Below the pieces are notes generated by a model. The model searched no databases and was not told the DNA's origin. It saw only the letters and a program-made list of their open reading frames with translations. Shown one piece after another: positions 19,454 to 27,399 of a stretch of 64,000 bases of DNA. This DNA is from a virus (taxonomy: Duplodnaviria > Heunggongvirae > Uroviricota > Caudoviricetes): the IMG/VR virus record IMGVR_UViG_3300047471_000949; one strand, 5' to 3'. The position numbers were made by a program, and so were the translations under genes. Each line of letters begins with the position of its first letter. Position 1 is the stretch's first letter.

Positions 19454-20173
19454 ATGACCAGAAATATAAGTTTTTTAATCCCAGCTCATAACGAAGTCAA
19501 CTTTATTGCGGATTGTATTGAATCAATCAAATACGTTATGGTGTTTTATCCTAAAATAAAATACGAGATTATTGTAGTGGACGATCATTCCCAAGATGAT
19601 ACCCGCTGGAATGCCATCAAAGCTATGGCCGATCAAGTAATCTATAACATCGGACAAGGCATAGTAAAAGCTCGTCAGACTGGATTTGAAGCCTCGAAAT
19701 ATGACCTGCTGGCGTTTATTGATGCCGACAATAGATTGCCATTGACCTGGTTACCCGAAGCTCTAAAATATTTTGACGAGGAAGAAGTGGTCGCCGTTAC
19801 AGGACCTCTAAAGTTTTATGATATGCCGAGCTGGTTCAAGACAGCTTCTCAGTTATTCTATATAGCTGCTAAAATATCGCACAAACATCTTCCAATGATG
19901 CAAGGCGGCAATTATGTTATTCGCCGATCAGCTCTTGAAGCTATAGGAGGCTTCGATACAAGTTTTGCATTTTATGGAGAAGATACACGCACCGCAACCC
20001 AGCTAGTAAAACTTGGCAAAATTATCTATAACCCTAAAATGTATATTCTTTCGTCGGGCCGACGTTTCTCTCAAGGGGGAATAGTGACAACCACTCTGAC
20101 GTATATCACCAGTTATTTCTATGTTTCGTTATTCCATAAACCTCTAACACAAAAACATAGCAATTATCGATGA
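19454..20173 (+). CDS. glycosyltransferase family 2 (GT-A fold)
   Basis: FLIPAHNE near the N-terminus; IVVDDHSQDDT (DxD-type nucleotide-sugar binding); FIDADN second acidic motif. Confidence 0.7.
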   Translation: MTRNISFLIPAHNEVNFIADCIESIKYVMVFYPKIKYEIIVVDDHSQDDTRWNAIKAMADQVIYNIGQGIVKARQTGFEASKYDLLAFIDADNRLPLTWLPEALKYFDEEEVVAVTGPLKFYDMPSWFKTASQLFYIAAKISHKHLPMMQGGNYVIRRSALEAIGGFDTSFAFYGEDTRTATQLVKLGKIIYNPKMYILSSGRRFSQGGIVTTTLTYITSYFYVSLFHKPLTQKHSNYR

Positions 20174-20808
20174 TATTGTTCATTTCAGACACACATTTGG
20201 GTCTCTCAATCTCTAAAGCAAAAGAGTTATGCGAATTTTTACAAACTCGAAGCCCTGAGGAGAGGGTATATATCGTTGGCGACCTATTTGATCATAATTT
20301 TGTTCACTGGGATAAATGGCACACCTCCGCACTAATGGAAATACTGAAATTCAAAAATATTATTTACCTTCCCGGCAACCACGACGCCTTTATGCGGCAA
20401 TTTGCTGGAACCTGGTTCTACCAAAAAATCATTTTAGTTCCTGATCGTCTGTTTTATGAGCCGGTGCCTGGCCGAAGATATCTCATTATTCACGGCGACC
20501 AATACGACTGGTTGCTCCACATCACACATTTTATGTCGGAGTCCTGGTTCGCCAACCGCTTTCGAAAATTCTGGGGCCTTTTTCATAATATTTTATTCAA
20601 GTATACCAGCCATTTCGAAAAATCGCTAGCCCAGGCCGCTAAGGAGGCTCATTGTGATGGAGTTATCTGTGGCCATAGCCATGACCCGCTTGACAATGTT
20701 TTTGATGGTATTCACTACCTAAACATAGGAGATTGGCTACATTCGTGTAGTTATATAGAGGAAGACGCAGGCAAGCTTGTCCTGAAGCGCTGGAAATCGG
20801 TTACTTGA
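20170..20808 (+). CDS. calcineurin-like metallophosphoesterase, LpxH-like
   Basis: ISDTHLG; VGDLFD; LPGNHD; HGDQYD; GHSHD — the ordered LpxH/metallophosphoesterase signature. Confidence 0.65.
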   Translation: MILFISDTHLGLSISKAKELCEFLQTRSPEERVYIVGDLFDHNFVHWDKWHTSALMEILKFKNIIYLPGNHDAFMRQFAGTWFYQKIILVPDRLFYEPVPGRRYLIIHGDQYDWLLHITHFMSESWFANRFRKFWGLFHNILFKYTSHFEKSLAQAAKEAHCDGVICGHSHDPLDNVFDGIHYLNIGDWLHSCSYIEEDAGKLVLKRWKSVT

Positions 20809-20965
20809 CAAGTTGCAAAATAACAGCAACAGCAAGCGGTAAACCAATAACCATCGGAACGATTTTGAAAAAAACATTACTTCTTGAATCCGAAGTTTGT
20901 ATAATAAGAGCCGTACCAACAAGATAAATTGCCGCTAGCGCCTCAAACCAAAAAGACCAGTTCAT
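20801..20965 (-). CDS. small membrane protein with two predicted TM helices (54 aa)
   Basis: Translation MNWSFWFEALAAIYLVGTALII...IVPMVIGLPLAVAVILQLVK; ATGA overlap with the upstream minus-strand ORF; not in the ORF track (under 60 aa). Confidence 0.4.
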   Translation of the reverse strand: MNWSFWFEALAAIYLVGTALIIQTSDSRSNVFFKIVPMVIGLPLAVAVILQLVK

Positions 20966-21135
20966 TCCATATCCTCTTCTTCTATTATTCTCAGAATGTC
21001 CTCAGCGGCCCTTCTACATCGGCGCTTAGGACCTTCTCCAGGAACGGCCTTCCAAATATCCCCACTCATATCTGGAGCGGGATGATACAGTACTGCTGCA
21101 ACAATCCTTGCCACACGATCAATCTTATCCTCCAT
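20962..21135 (-). CDS. hypothetical small protein
   Basis: ATG at 21135 (MEDKIDRVARIV...); the track extends to a TTG at 21156; co-oriented with 21125-21670. Confidence 0.35.
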   Translation of the reverse strand: MEDKIDRVARIVAAVLYHPAPDMSGDIWKAVPGEGPKRRCRRAAEDILRIIEEEDME

Positions 21136-21670
21136 CGTTCTCGTCTTCTTCGTCAAACGATAGTATTTCCGGTTCCACCGAATAAGATTTGGATACTTCC
21201 TTAGCCTTCATTTCGTTCATATGCTCAACATAGGCCTCTAACGGACTATCAAAGGTCAACTTTCCTTCGATAAACTCCTGTTTGACTGATTCCAAATATT
21301 TTTCTTTTTCACGCTCTTTAGCGTCTTCCATATCACGAATAAGTTTCTGGATTAGTTTATATTCTTTACTACCTATCAAATAAACCACCTCGATAGGTTC
21401 ATCCATACTTTCAAATGTCGCGGAAGGACCTAAACTCATTTCATAAACTCTGAGAGTAGCATTTACTGACGAACATTCAACAACCACTCTAAATCCCGAC
21501 AGTTTAACAAAACCTTCTTTTACAGCAAAAGGTCGATAAACTTTTAAAGATACATATTGCTTTTTTTCGTTCTCGGAATAGGAAGCTTCTGTGGAATTGT
21601 CATAAAAAAGCTTTACAATCGCGGCAAGGAACAGGTCTGAAGAGTATGCTACCAGTTTGATCATTAGCAC
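21125..21670 (-). CDS. hypothetical protein
   Basis: 181-aa minus-strand ORF heading a three-gene convergent operon. Confidence 0.45.
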   Translation of the reverse strand: MLMIKLVAYSSDLFLAAIVKLFYDNSTEASYSENEKKQYVSLKVYRPFAVKEGFVKLSGFRVVVECSSVNATLRVYEMSLGPSATFESMDEPIEVVYLIGSKEYKLIQKLIRDMEDAKEREKEKYLESVKQEFIEGKLTFDSPLEAYVEHMNEMKAKEVSKSYSVEPEILSFDEEDENDGG

Positions 21671-21723
21671 AATATATAGCTTTATTGCCGTAATGTCAAG
21701 CTAAATATAAATGGAGTTTTATT

Positions 21724-21852
21724 ATGACTATAATATGGCATGATCATCACATAATACCTAAACATAGGGGAGGAACAGATGATCCTTCTAACATTAGAAT
21801 CTTTAATTTATCAAGGGAAAGAGTTCGACAAATAGTAGTAAAATGGGGTTAA
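21724..21852 (+). pseudogene. truncated HNH endonuclease remnant (42 codons)
   Basis: MTIIWHDHHIIPKHRGGTDDPSNIRIF matches the N-terminal HNH motif of the 2909 gene (HEHHVIPKHAGGENGPTV) but stops after 42 aa. Confidence 0.5.
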
Positions 21853-21863
21853 ATAAATAACAT

Positions 21864-22481
21864 ATGCCCTCAAATAGACCCGTAGAAGTTATAGACATTC
21901 ATGTTGAGACGCCTCCATTCGAACCCGTTAAACCAAATTGGGAACCACCAAAACCAACTGGAGCGCTCAAAGACAACCCTAAAACGGAAGACCTTCAGTC
22001 AGCCTTAGGTATTCGCTTCCATCTAAAACGATCACCAAACACCAACTATTTTGTCTATCGTATCAATCTTCCTGGCATAACTCTACCATCGGCCGACGAA
22101 GGCACTCCATTTATCGAACTGCCACAACCAGGCGATCATATCCAGTTCGAACAACCGTTGATAGTAACCTTTAGGGTGGATAAAGGCCTGAATAACTACT
22201 TTGAGCTGCATCATTGGCTAAAGGACATCTCAGGATTCAATCCAAAAAAGTATGCTGAACTAAACAAAAACCCGGAATATACTGGTTACGGTATTAAATC
22301 GGAAATCCTGGTGTCTCTCCTGAATGCCCAGAAGAACGTGATAAGAAACTTAACTTATCATGAATGTTGGCCAACCTCACTATCGACCCTGGTATTTGAT
22401 GCGGCAGTAACTGAAGAACGATATTTAACTGCCACCTGTGTATTCCGTTTCTCTGACTTTTCTTCAACTCTCGACGTATAA
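21864..22481 (+). CDS. hypothetical protein
   Basis: 205-aa ORF upstream of uvsY. Confidence 0.45.
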   Translation: MPSNRPVEVIDIHVETPPFEPVKPNWEPPKPTGALKDNPKTEDLQSALGIRFHLKRSPNTNYFVYRINLPGITLPSADEGTPFIELPQPGDHIQFEQPLIVTFRVDKGLNNYFELHHWLKDISGFNPKKYAELNKNPEYTGYGIKSEILVSLLNAQKNVIRNLTYHECWPTSLSTLVFDAAVTEERYLTATCVFRFSDFSSTLDV

Positions 22482-22488
22482 AAAGCTC

Positions 22489-22517
22489 TTGACATTAGCT
22501 TAAATCTGGTTTATATT
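22489..22517 (+). promoter_or_regulatory. sigma70-type early promoter (TTGACA-N17-TATATT)
   Basis: Member of a recurring TTGACA-N16/17-TAnnnT family; the -10 ends 6 nt before the uvsY ATG. Confidence 0.5.
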
Positions 22518-22523
22518 GTGAAT

Positions 22524-22961
22524 ATGAATCTTCAAGAAATCCTGGCGGAATGGAAGGCCGACAGTAAAATAGACTCCACTGATCTTATGGCAGAGTCAGA
22601 GAAACTTTATGCTCTCCACTCAAAATATGTTGATTTATGGTCAAATGAACGGCTAAAACTGAAATCACTGGAGTTTGACGAGAGACGACTGAAACTGAAA
22701 AAGCATCAGTTTTATCTGGAAGGCCCCAGTTCGGAAACTAAAAAACAGGGCTGGGACTATCCAACCTCAGGAAAAGTTCTTCGCCAGGATATTCCCATTT
22801 ATACCGACGCCGATAAACAGCTACAAGAACTGGAATCTAAGATCGAAATACAGAAAACGAAAGTGGAAACCCTTGAGTTTATCTTAGACGCAATAAAAGC
22901 CAGAGGCTATACTATCAACACAATGATTAAGTTCGAGATGTATCGTGGAGGAGCATCATGA
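22524..22961 (+). CDS. uvsY: UvsY recombination mediator
   Basis: Collinear with T4 UvsY: LQEILAEWKADSKIDSTDL vs LQEELKKDVFIDSTKL; C-terminal LDAIKARGYTINTMIKFEMYRGG vs LDAIKSRGFAIKHIQDMRAFEAG; ATG at 22524 (the track starts at GTG 22518). Confidence 0.8.
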   Translation: MNLQEILAEWKADSKIDSTDLMAESEKLYALHSKYVDLWSNERLKLKSLEFDERRLKLKKHQFYLEGPSSETKKQGWDYPTSGKVLRQDIPIYTDADKQLQELESKIEIQKTKVETLEFILDAIKARGYTINTMIKFEMYRGGAS

Positions 22962-23070
22962 CTACAAACCAATGGCAATTCTTTATAGAAGCTTCCACGA
23001 CTTTTTTATTCGCTCTTACATTTACTATTGGCGTTAGATTTTTTATCAACTTATGGAAAGGAGAATAATT

Positions 23071-23421
23071 ATGATTAATACAATGGACGGATATTATAGA
23101 GGACAGGCAGCGCGAGCCGCAGGGGCTCGTTCCAAGGTTTTTGATTGGGACAAAGCAGCAATGATTATCAAAGACAAAATCCCAACTAAGGCCTCCGCTG
23201 GGCTTTCAGAGGATTGGAGCTATACCGGGGGAACAATTTTCGAGAACGGCAAAATTGTTCCAAAAGACGAGACCTATGTATATCTGGCTTCCAACTGGGC
23301 CACACCTGAACTGGAAATCAATGGTTTTATGACAGAATGTTGGAAATATAAGGACGAAACTGACTGGGATTCCGACACCTATTGGCCTAAGTCGGCACGA
23401 AAGATACTGGCGAGAAAATGA
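23071..23421 (+). CDS. hypothetical protein
   Basis: ATG at 23071 preceded by GGAAAGGAG (the track start 23053 lies inside the RBS). Confidence 0.4.
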   Translation: MINTMDGYYRGQAARAAGARSKVFDWDKAAMIIKDKIPTKASAGLSEDWSYTGGTIFENGKIVPKDETYVYLASNWATPELEINGFMTECWKYKDETDWDSDTYWPKSARKILARK

Positions 23422-23693
23422 GACTAGTTGAAGCCCCATTGGTCTCGACCGAAACGGTCGAGATTCCTCCACATACTATAAGCGAGAAACAGAACGAAGC
23501 GGTTTTCTTTATTGGAAAAAGAACCTTTCATAATGTCTTTATCCAGTTGGAAGGAGAAGAAGTTGTGTTTGGCCAAAAAGTTGAAAAGATAACAATAGAC
23601 CCCTGGATTCTTTATGGGGTGATACCATTTCGATGGGAAAGCCGCAAGCAGAAAATAATAGAGTGTGTTGCCGATTGGTTTGAGATAAAATAA
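23418..23693 (+). CDS. hypothetical protein
   Basis: 91-aa ORF, ATGA-coupled to the neighbouring genes. Confidence 0.4.
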   Translation: MRLVEAPLVSTETVEIPPHTISEKQNEAVFFIGKRTFHNVFIQLEGEEVVFGQKVEKITIDPWILYGVIPFRWESRKQKIIECVADWFEIK

Positions 23694-23875
23694 TGTTGAT
23701 CATGATCACAGCCCCACATTTCGTCGCAGGTGTTGTAACAGAATCTCGTCAAGGCGACGGATGTGGGGTTGTTACAATGACAGCCCCAATTGTTCATTAT
23801 ATGGAAGGTTGGTCGACTGATGCGCTCACCAAATATTGTTGTAAAAAGAAATGGAAGGTAGAAGTCGTTGGTTGA
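23693..23875 (+). CDS. hypothetical small protein
   Basis: 60-aa ORF. Confidence 0.3.
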   Translation: MLIMITAPHFVAGVVTESRQGDGCGVVTMTAPIVHYMEGWSTDALTKYCCKKKWKVEVVG

Positions 23876-25307
23876 TATTAAAATAACTGACTTAAACGCC
23901 TCGTTTATTCAGATAAGCGCCGAACCTTCGATAATGAAAGAACTATCGGAGGATTTCACCTTCCTTGCTCCAAATTATCAGTATGATCCTCGATATAAGC
24001 GACGGGTATGGGACGGTAAGATTCGGTTAATCAATCAACGCGGAATGATCTATGCAGGATTACAGGAACACCTGGCCGAATGGACTAAAAACCATAGCTA
24101 TACTATAGACTATAACAAATATGTATTTTCAGCTAATACCGTTCATAGTAGCAGTTTTTTAAACTCGTATAAATCGAATCTTGAGCCGAGAGATTATCAA
24201 ACCTTCCTTATTCAAAAATGTTTGGAACAAGGTCGAGCTGTTGTTGTCTCACCAACCGGCAGCGGAAAAAGCTTTGTTATTCATGAGCTAGTCAAATACT
24301 ATTGGACTCCTAAAACTCTTATCATCGTTCCAACTATCAATCTCGTCAATCAGATGTATAACGACTTCAAGTCGTATGGAATGAATGTCGAGAATTTTTG
24401 CCATAAGGTATGGGCAGGAGTTGATCCTCAGGCAGATAAGCTAATAACCATTACAACCTGGCAATCTCTTATGGATATGCCTCCTGAGTTTTTTGAGCAG
24501 TTCAAAGTAGTCATTGGTGACGAATGCCACGGTTTCAAGGCTAAATCTCTTATCCATATTATGACACAACTGGTTAATGCCAAGATCAGATTCGGCTTTA
24601 CCGCGACACTTTCCAATGATATAATGTGCCACGAACTAGCACTCGAGGGACTATTCGGACCCATTATCAAAGGCGAGACAACCAAACAGCTCCAAGATCA
24701 AGGACATCTGGCCGAAGTCGAGATTGTTACCCTAGTCCTGGAATATCCGAAGGAGGACCGGAGAAAAGCAAAAGGAATGACCTATAATGACGAACAAGAT
24801 TTCTTGGTGGCACACGAAGACCGGCAAACATTTATACGGAATCTTGCACTTGGCTTGGTGGGTTCTAGTTTTGTATTGTTTAGGCTGGTGGATAAACACG
24901 GACAACCCTTGTTTGATAAGCTGGCAACAGCAGCTCCTGACCGAGTTCGTTTTGTCTATGGCGGCACTGAAGCCGCTGATCGTGAGGAGGTAAGAATAGA
25001 AGCCAACAACGACGACAATCTGATTGTGGTAGCTTCATATGGAGTTTTTGCTGGCGGAGTAAATGTGCCTAATCTTCGGAATATTGTGTTTGCTTCGCCT
25101 TACAAAAGCAAAATCAAAGTTCTCCAATCGATTGGGCGCGCTTTACGTCGAACTGACCAAAAACAACATTCCGTTATATACGATATTATTGATGATCTTA
25201 GTAGTGGCAGCTATAAAAATTATGGCGTCCGGCACTATATAGATAGAGTGAGGCTCTACAACCAGGAACGCTTCCCGTATAAAATCTACAGGATTCCATT
25301 AAAATGA
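23868..25307 (+). CDS. uvsW: UvsW SF2 DNA helicase
   Basis: N-terminus collinear with T4 UvsW (VDIKI.. / DIKV..; WDGKIRLIN vs WDGRIRLLD); Walker A VVSPTGSGKS; DECH box; apparent TTG start at 23868. Confidence 0.85.
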   Translation: MVDIKITDLNASFIQISAEPSIMKELSEDFTFLAPNYQYDPRYKRRVWDGKIRLINQRGMIYAGLQEHLAEWTKNHSYTIDYNKYVFSANTVHSSSFLNSYKSNLEPRDYQTFLIQKCLEQGRAVVVSPTGSGKSFVIHELVKYYWTPKTLIIVPTINLVNQMYNDFKSYGMNVENFCHKVWAGVDPQADKLITITTWQSLMDMPPEFFEQFKVVIGDECHGFKAKSLIHIMTQLVNAKIRFGFTATLSNDIMCHELALEGLFGPIIKGETTKQLQDQGHLAEVEIVTLVLEYPKEDRRKAKGMTYNDEQDFLVAHEDRQTFIRNLALGLVGSSFVLFRLVDKHGQPLFDKLATAAPDRVRFVYGGTEAADREEVRIEANNDDNLIVVASYGVFAGGVNVPNLRNIVFASPYKSKIKVLQSIGRALRRTDQKQHSVIYDIIDDLSSGSYKNYGVRHYIDRVRLYNQERFPYKIYRIPLK

Positions 25308-25457
25308 ACGACAGCTGGTATGAAATACCTGGACGTCCTGGTTATTATACACCAACAGACAAAGCTTGGAAGAAAATGCTTGAAAATTATGATGAAAATG
25401 GTAAAGCCTTGTTAAATAACATCTTAAAAACAATCAAGAAGGAGAAAACTCCCACGA

Positions 25458-25961
25458 ATGAAGAAGAAAAATTACGTCAATAATGCGGACCTAACCAAAG
25501 CAATAGTCGACTACCAGAAACTGTGCCGAAAGAACAGGCGAAATGAACTGGCAATGCCAACAATGCCGCGATATATCGGCGAATGCATCTACAATATCTG
25601 CAACCGTCTGACCCGAGGTTTTAACTTCAACTTCGAGTCCTACACCTATCGAGATGAAATGATCCTGGATGCAGTGGAGCGATGTTGCTACGCAGTCCAT
25701 AAGTTCAACCACAAAAAGTCCTCGGCCGGAGCCTTTGCCTATCTAACAACTGTTGCCATCAACGCCCAGAAGAAACGCATCAAGGACGAGCAAAAAGTTA
25801 ACTACATTAAACATAAATTCTTTCGATCCCAGTTCACCAACCAGGAGATAGAAGGCATTGAACCAAACGAGTTGAGCGACTCAGTAATTGCCAACTACGA
25901 AGAAAAGGTGGCGGCCAAGAAAAAAGGCTTATCTTATAACGTCAAACCAAAAAAGGCTTGA
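25458..25961 (+). CDS. gp55: late-transcription sigma factor gp55
   Basis: Collinear with T4 gp55: NYVNNADLTKAIVDY vs NYVNNKELLQAIIDW; RGFNFNFESYTY vs KRFNFSGYTQ; AGAFAYLTT vs NPHAYITQ. Confidence 0.9.
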   Translation: MKKKNYVNNADLTKAIVDYQKLCRKNRRNELAMPTMPRYIGECIYNICNRLTRGFNFNFESYTYRDEMILDAVERCCYAVHKFNHKKSSAGAFAYLTTVAINAQKKRIKDEQKVNYIKHKFFRSQFTNQEIEGIEPNELSDSVIANYEEKVAAKKKGLSYNVKPKKA

Positions 25962-25986
25962 CATAGTATAAAACATCGAATATTAT
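25958..25986 (+). promoter_or_regulatory. sigma70-type early promoter (TTGACA-N17-TATTAT)
   Basis: The gp55 stop codon TGA lies inside the -35 hexamer; the promoter sits 9 nt upstream of the small NUMOD3-like ORF. Confidence 0.45.
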
Positions 25987-25995
25987 AAAGAAGGC

Positions 25996-26142
25996 ATGAA
26001 TCACTTTTTATACGTAAAACAACACAATAAAACTGGACAATCTCCACCTATGTTGAATAAACATCATACAGAAGAAACCAAACGAAAAATAAGTGAAAAG
26101 AAAAGAGGAACAAAATATGCCCCGCGTTTTCGATCAAAATAA
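25996..26142 (+). CDS. small ORF with a NUMOD3-like motif (homing-endonuclease DNA-binding remnant?)
   Basis: 48 aa; LNKHHTEETKRKISEKKRG fits the NUMOD3 pattern (KHSEETKxKIS...G) of GIY-YIG/HNH homing endonucleases; overlaps the next ORF in another frame. Confidence 0.35.
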   Translation: MNHFLYVKQHNKTGQSPPMLNKHHTEETKRKISEKKRGTKYAPRFRSK

Positions 26143-26329
26143 AATCCATCAGGTTCCAACGCTAATAATGGATCACGTGATGCAACTGAATAATCTGGGC
26201 AACACTCCCGAAGTTCGTGAAAGCTATGCCCAACGACTCGAAAGCATCAAGCAGTATTGCGAAATGGTTCTGGACAAATATTATCAGTCCAGAAAAGAAG
26301 CACACCGAATAAGTAAAATAAAGTGGTAA
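26093..26329 (+). CDS. hypothetical protein
   Basis: 78-aa track ORF (first ATG at 26117) between gp55 and gp47. Confidence 0.35.
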   Translation: MKRKEEQNMPRVFDQNKIHQVPTLIMDHVMQLNNLGNTPEVRESYAQRLESIKQYCEMVLDKYYQSRKEAHRISKIKW

Positions 26330-27399
26330 AACTTGCGATCATCAGTGATATTCACTACGGCGCTCGTGGTGAATATCTTCCGTTTTTAGAGAACAATCGT
26401 AGGTTCTTTAGGGAAATTTTTTGGCCCTATTTACAAAAGAACGAAATCAATCGGATTGTATGTCTTGGCGATCTAGTTGAACGCCGGAAGTCTATTTCAT
26501 ATCTGGTCGCAGATTATTTGCAGCAGGATTTGTTATTTCCTGCTGCTAGATACTGTAGATCATTTGATTGGATTTTAGGCAATCATGATATCTTCTATAG
26601 AAATGTTACAGATATCCACGCGGCGAAACTTTTTCTTCCTGGCGACAGTCCAGCACCAACCTTTCGATCCTATGATAAAGCCACCGAAGTAATGTTTTCG
26701 GATCATTTCGATGTTCCTATCCTATTCGTGCCGTGGATAATCGATAGCAATCGCGAACAGATAATGAAAACGATCCGGGACACTAAGGCCCAGATATTAT
26801 TTGGTCATCTTGAACTACAAAACTTCGAACGACATCGAGGAGACATCTCCCATGAAGGACTATCCTCATCTGTCTTCTCCAAGTTCGATGTGGTGTTGAC
26901 TGGACATTTCCATCACCGCTCGTTCAAGGAGAATATCTATTATGTGGGCAGTCACGCCGAATTCGCCTGGGGCGACGATGGAGAAGATCACGGCTTCCAT
27001 ATCTTCGATACTGAAACCAGAGGGATGAAGTTTATCAAGAACCCGTTCACGGTGTTTCGCAAAGTATGGTATGATGATGCAAAGGGTGAACCAACGCTTC
27101 CGGCTGGAGGTTTTCAATCACTCAACAACAAGATCATCAAGGTTGTAGTATCGGGCAAGAATGATGCGGCCCAGTATGATTCGTTTATGGATAAAGTTGA
27201 AACCGCGCAGCCACTATCCATCACGGTAGTCGAGGATCATCTGAATCTAAACCTAACCGATGACGCCAATATTGTGTCGTCAACTAAGTCTACTCTCGAT
27301 ATCATTAGGGAGTTCGCAGCCCAGGCCAACAATATTGTAGATGTTGCAAAGCTCGACTCTTTGTTAGTCAAGTTATATCATGAAGCAGAGTCAGAATGA
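26323..27399 (+). CDS. gp47: recombination/repair nuclease subunit gp47 (Mre11/SbcD-like)
   Basis: Phosphoesterase motifs in order: IISDIHYG, CLGDLVERR, GNHD, GHLE, GHFHH. Confidence 0.9.
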   Translation: MVKLAIISDIHYGARGEYLPFLENNRRFFREIFWPYLQKNEINRIVCLGDLVERRKSISYLVADYLQQDLLFPAARYCRSFDWILGNHDIFYRNVTDIHAAKLFLPGDSPAPTFRSYDKATEVMFSDHFDVPILFVPWIIDSNREQIMKTIRDTKAQILFGHLELQNFERHRGDISHEGLSSSVFSKFDVVLTGHFHHRSFKENIYYVGSHAEFAWGDDGEDHGFHIFDTETRGMKFIKNPFTVFRKVWYDDAKGEPTLPAGGFQSLNNKIIKVVVSGKNDAAQYDSFMDKVETAQPLSITVVEDHLNLNLTDDANIVSSTKSTLDIIREFAAQANNIVDVAKLDSLLVKLYHEAESE

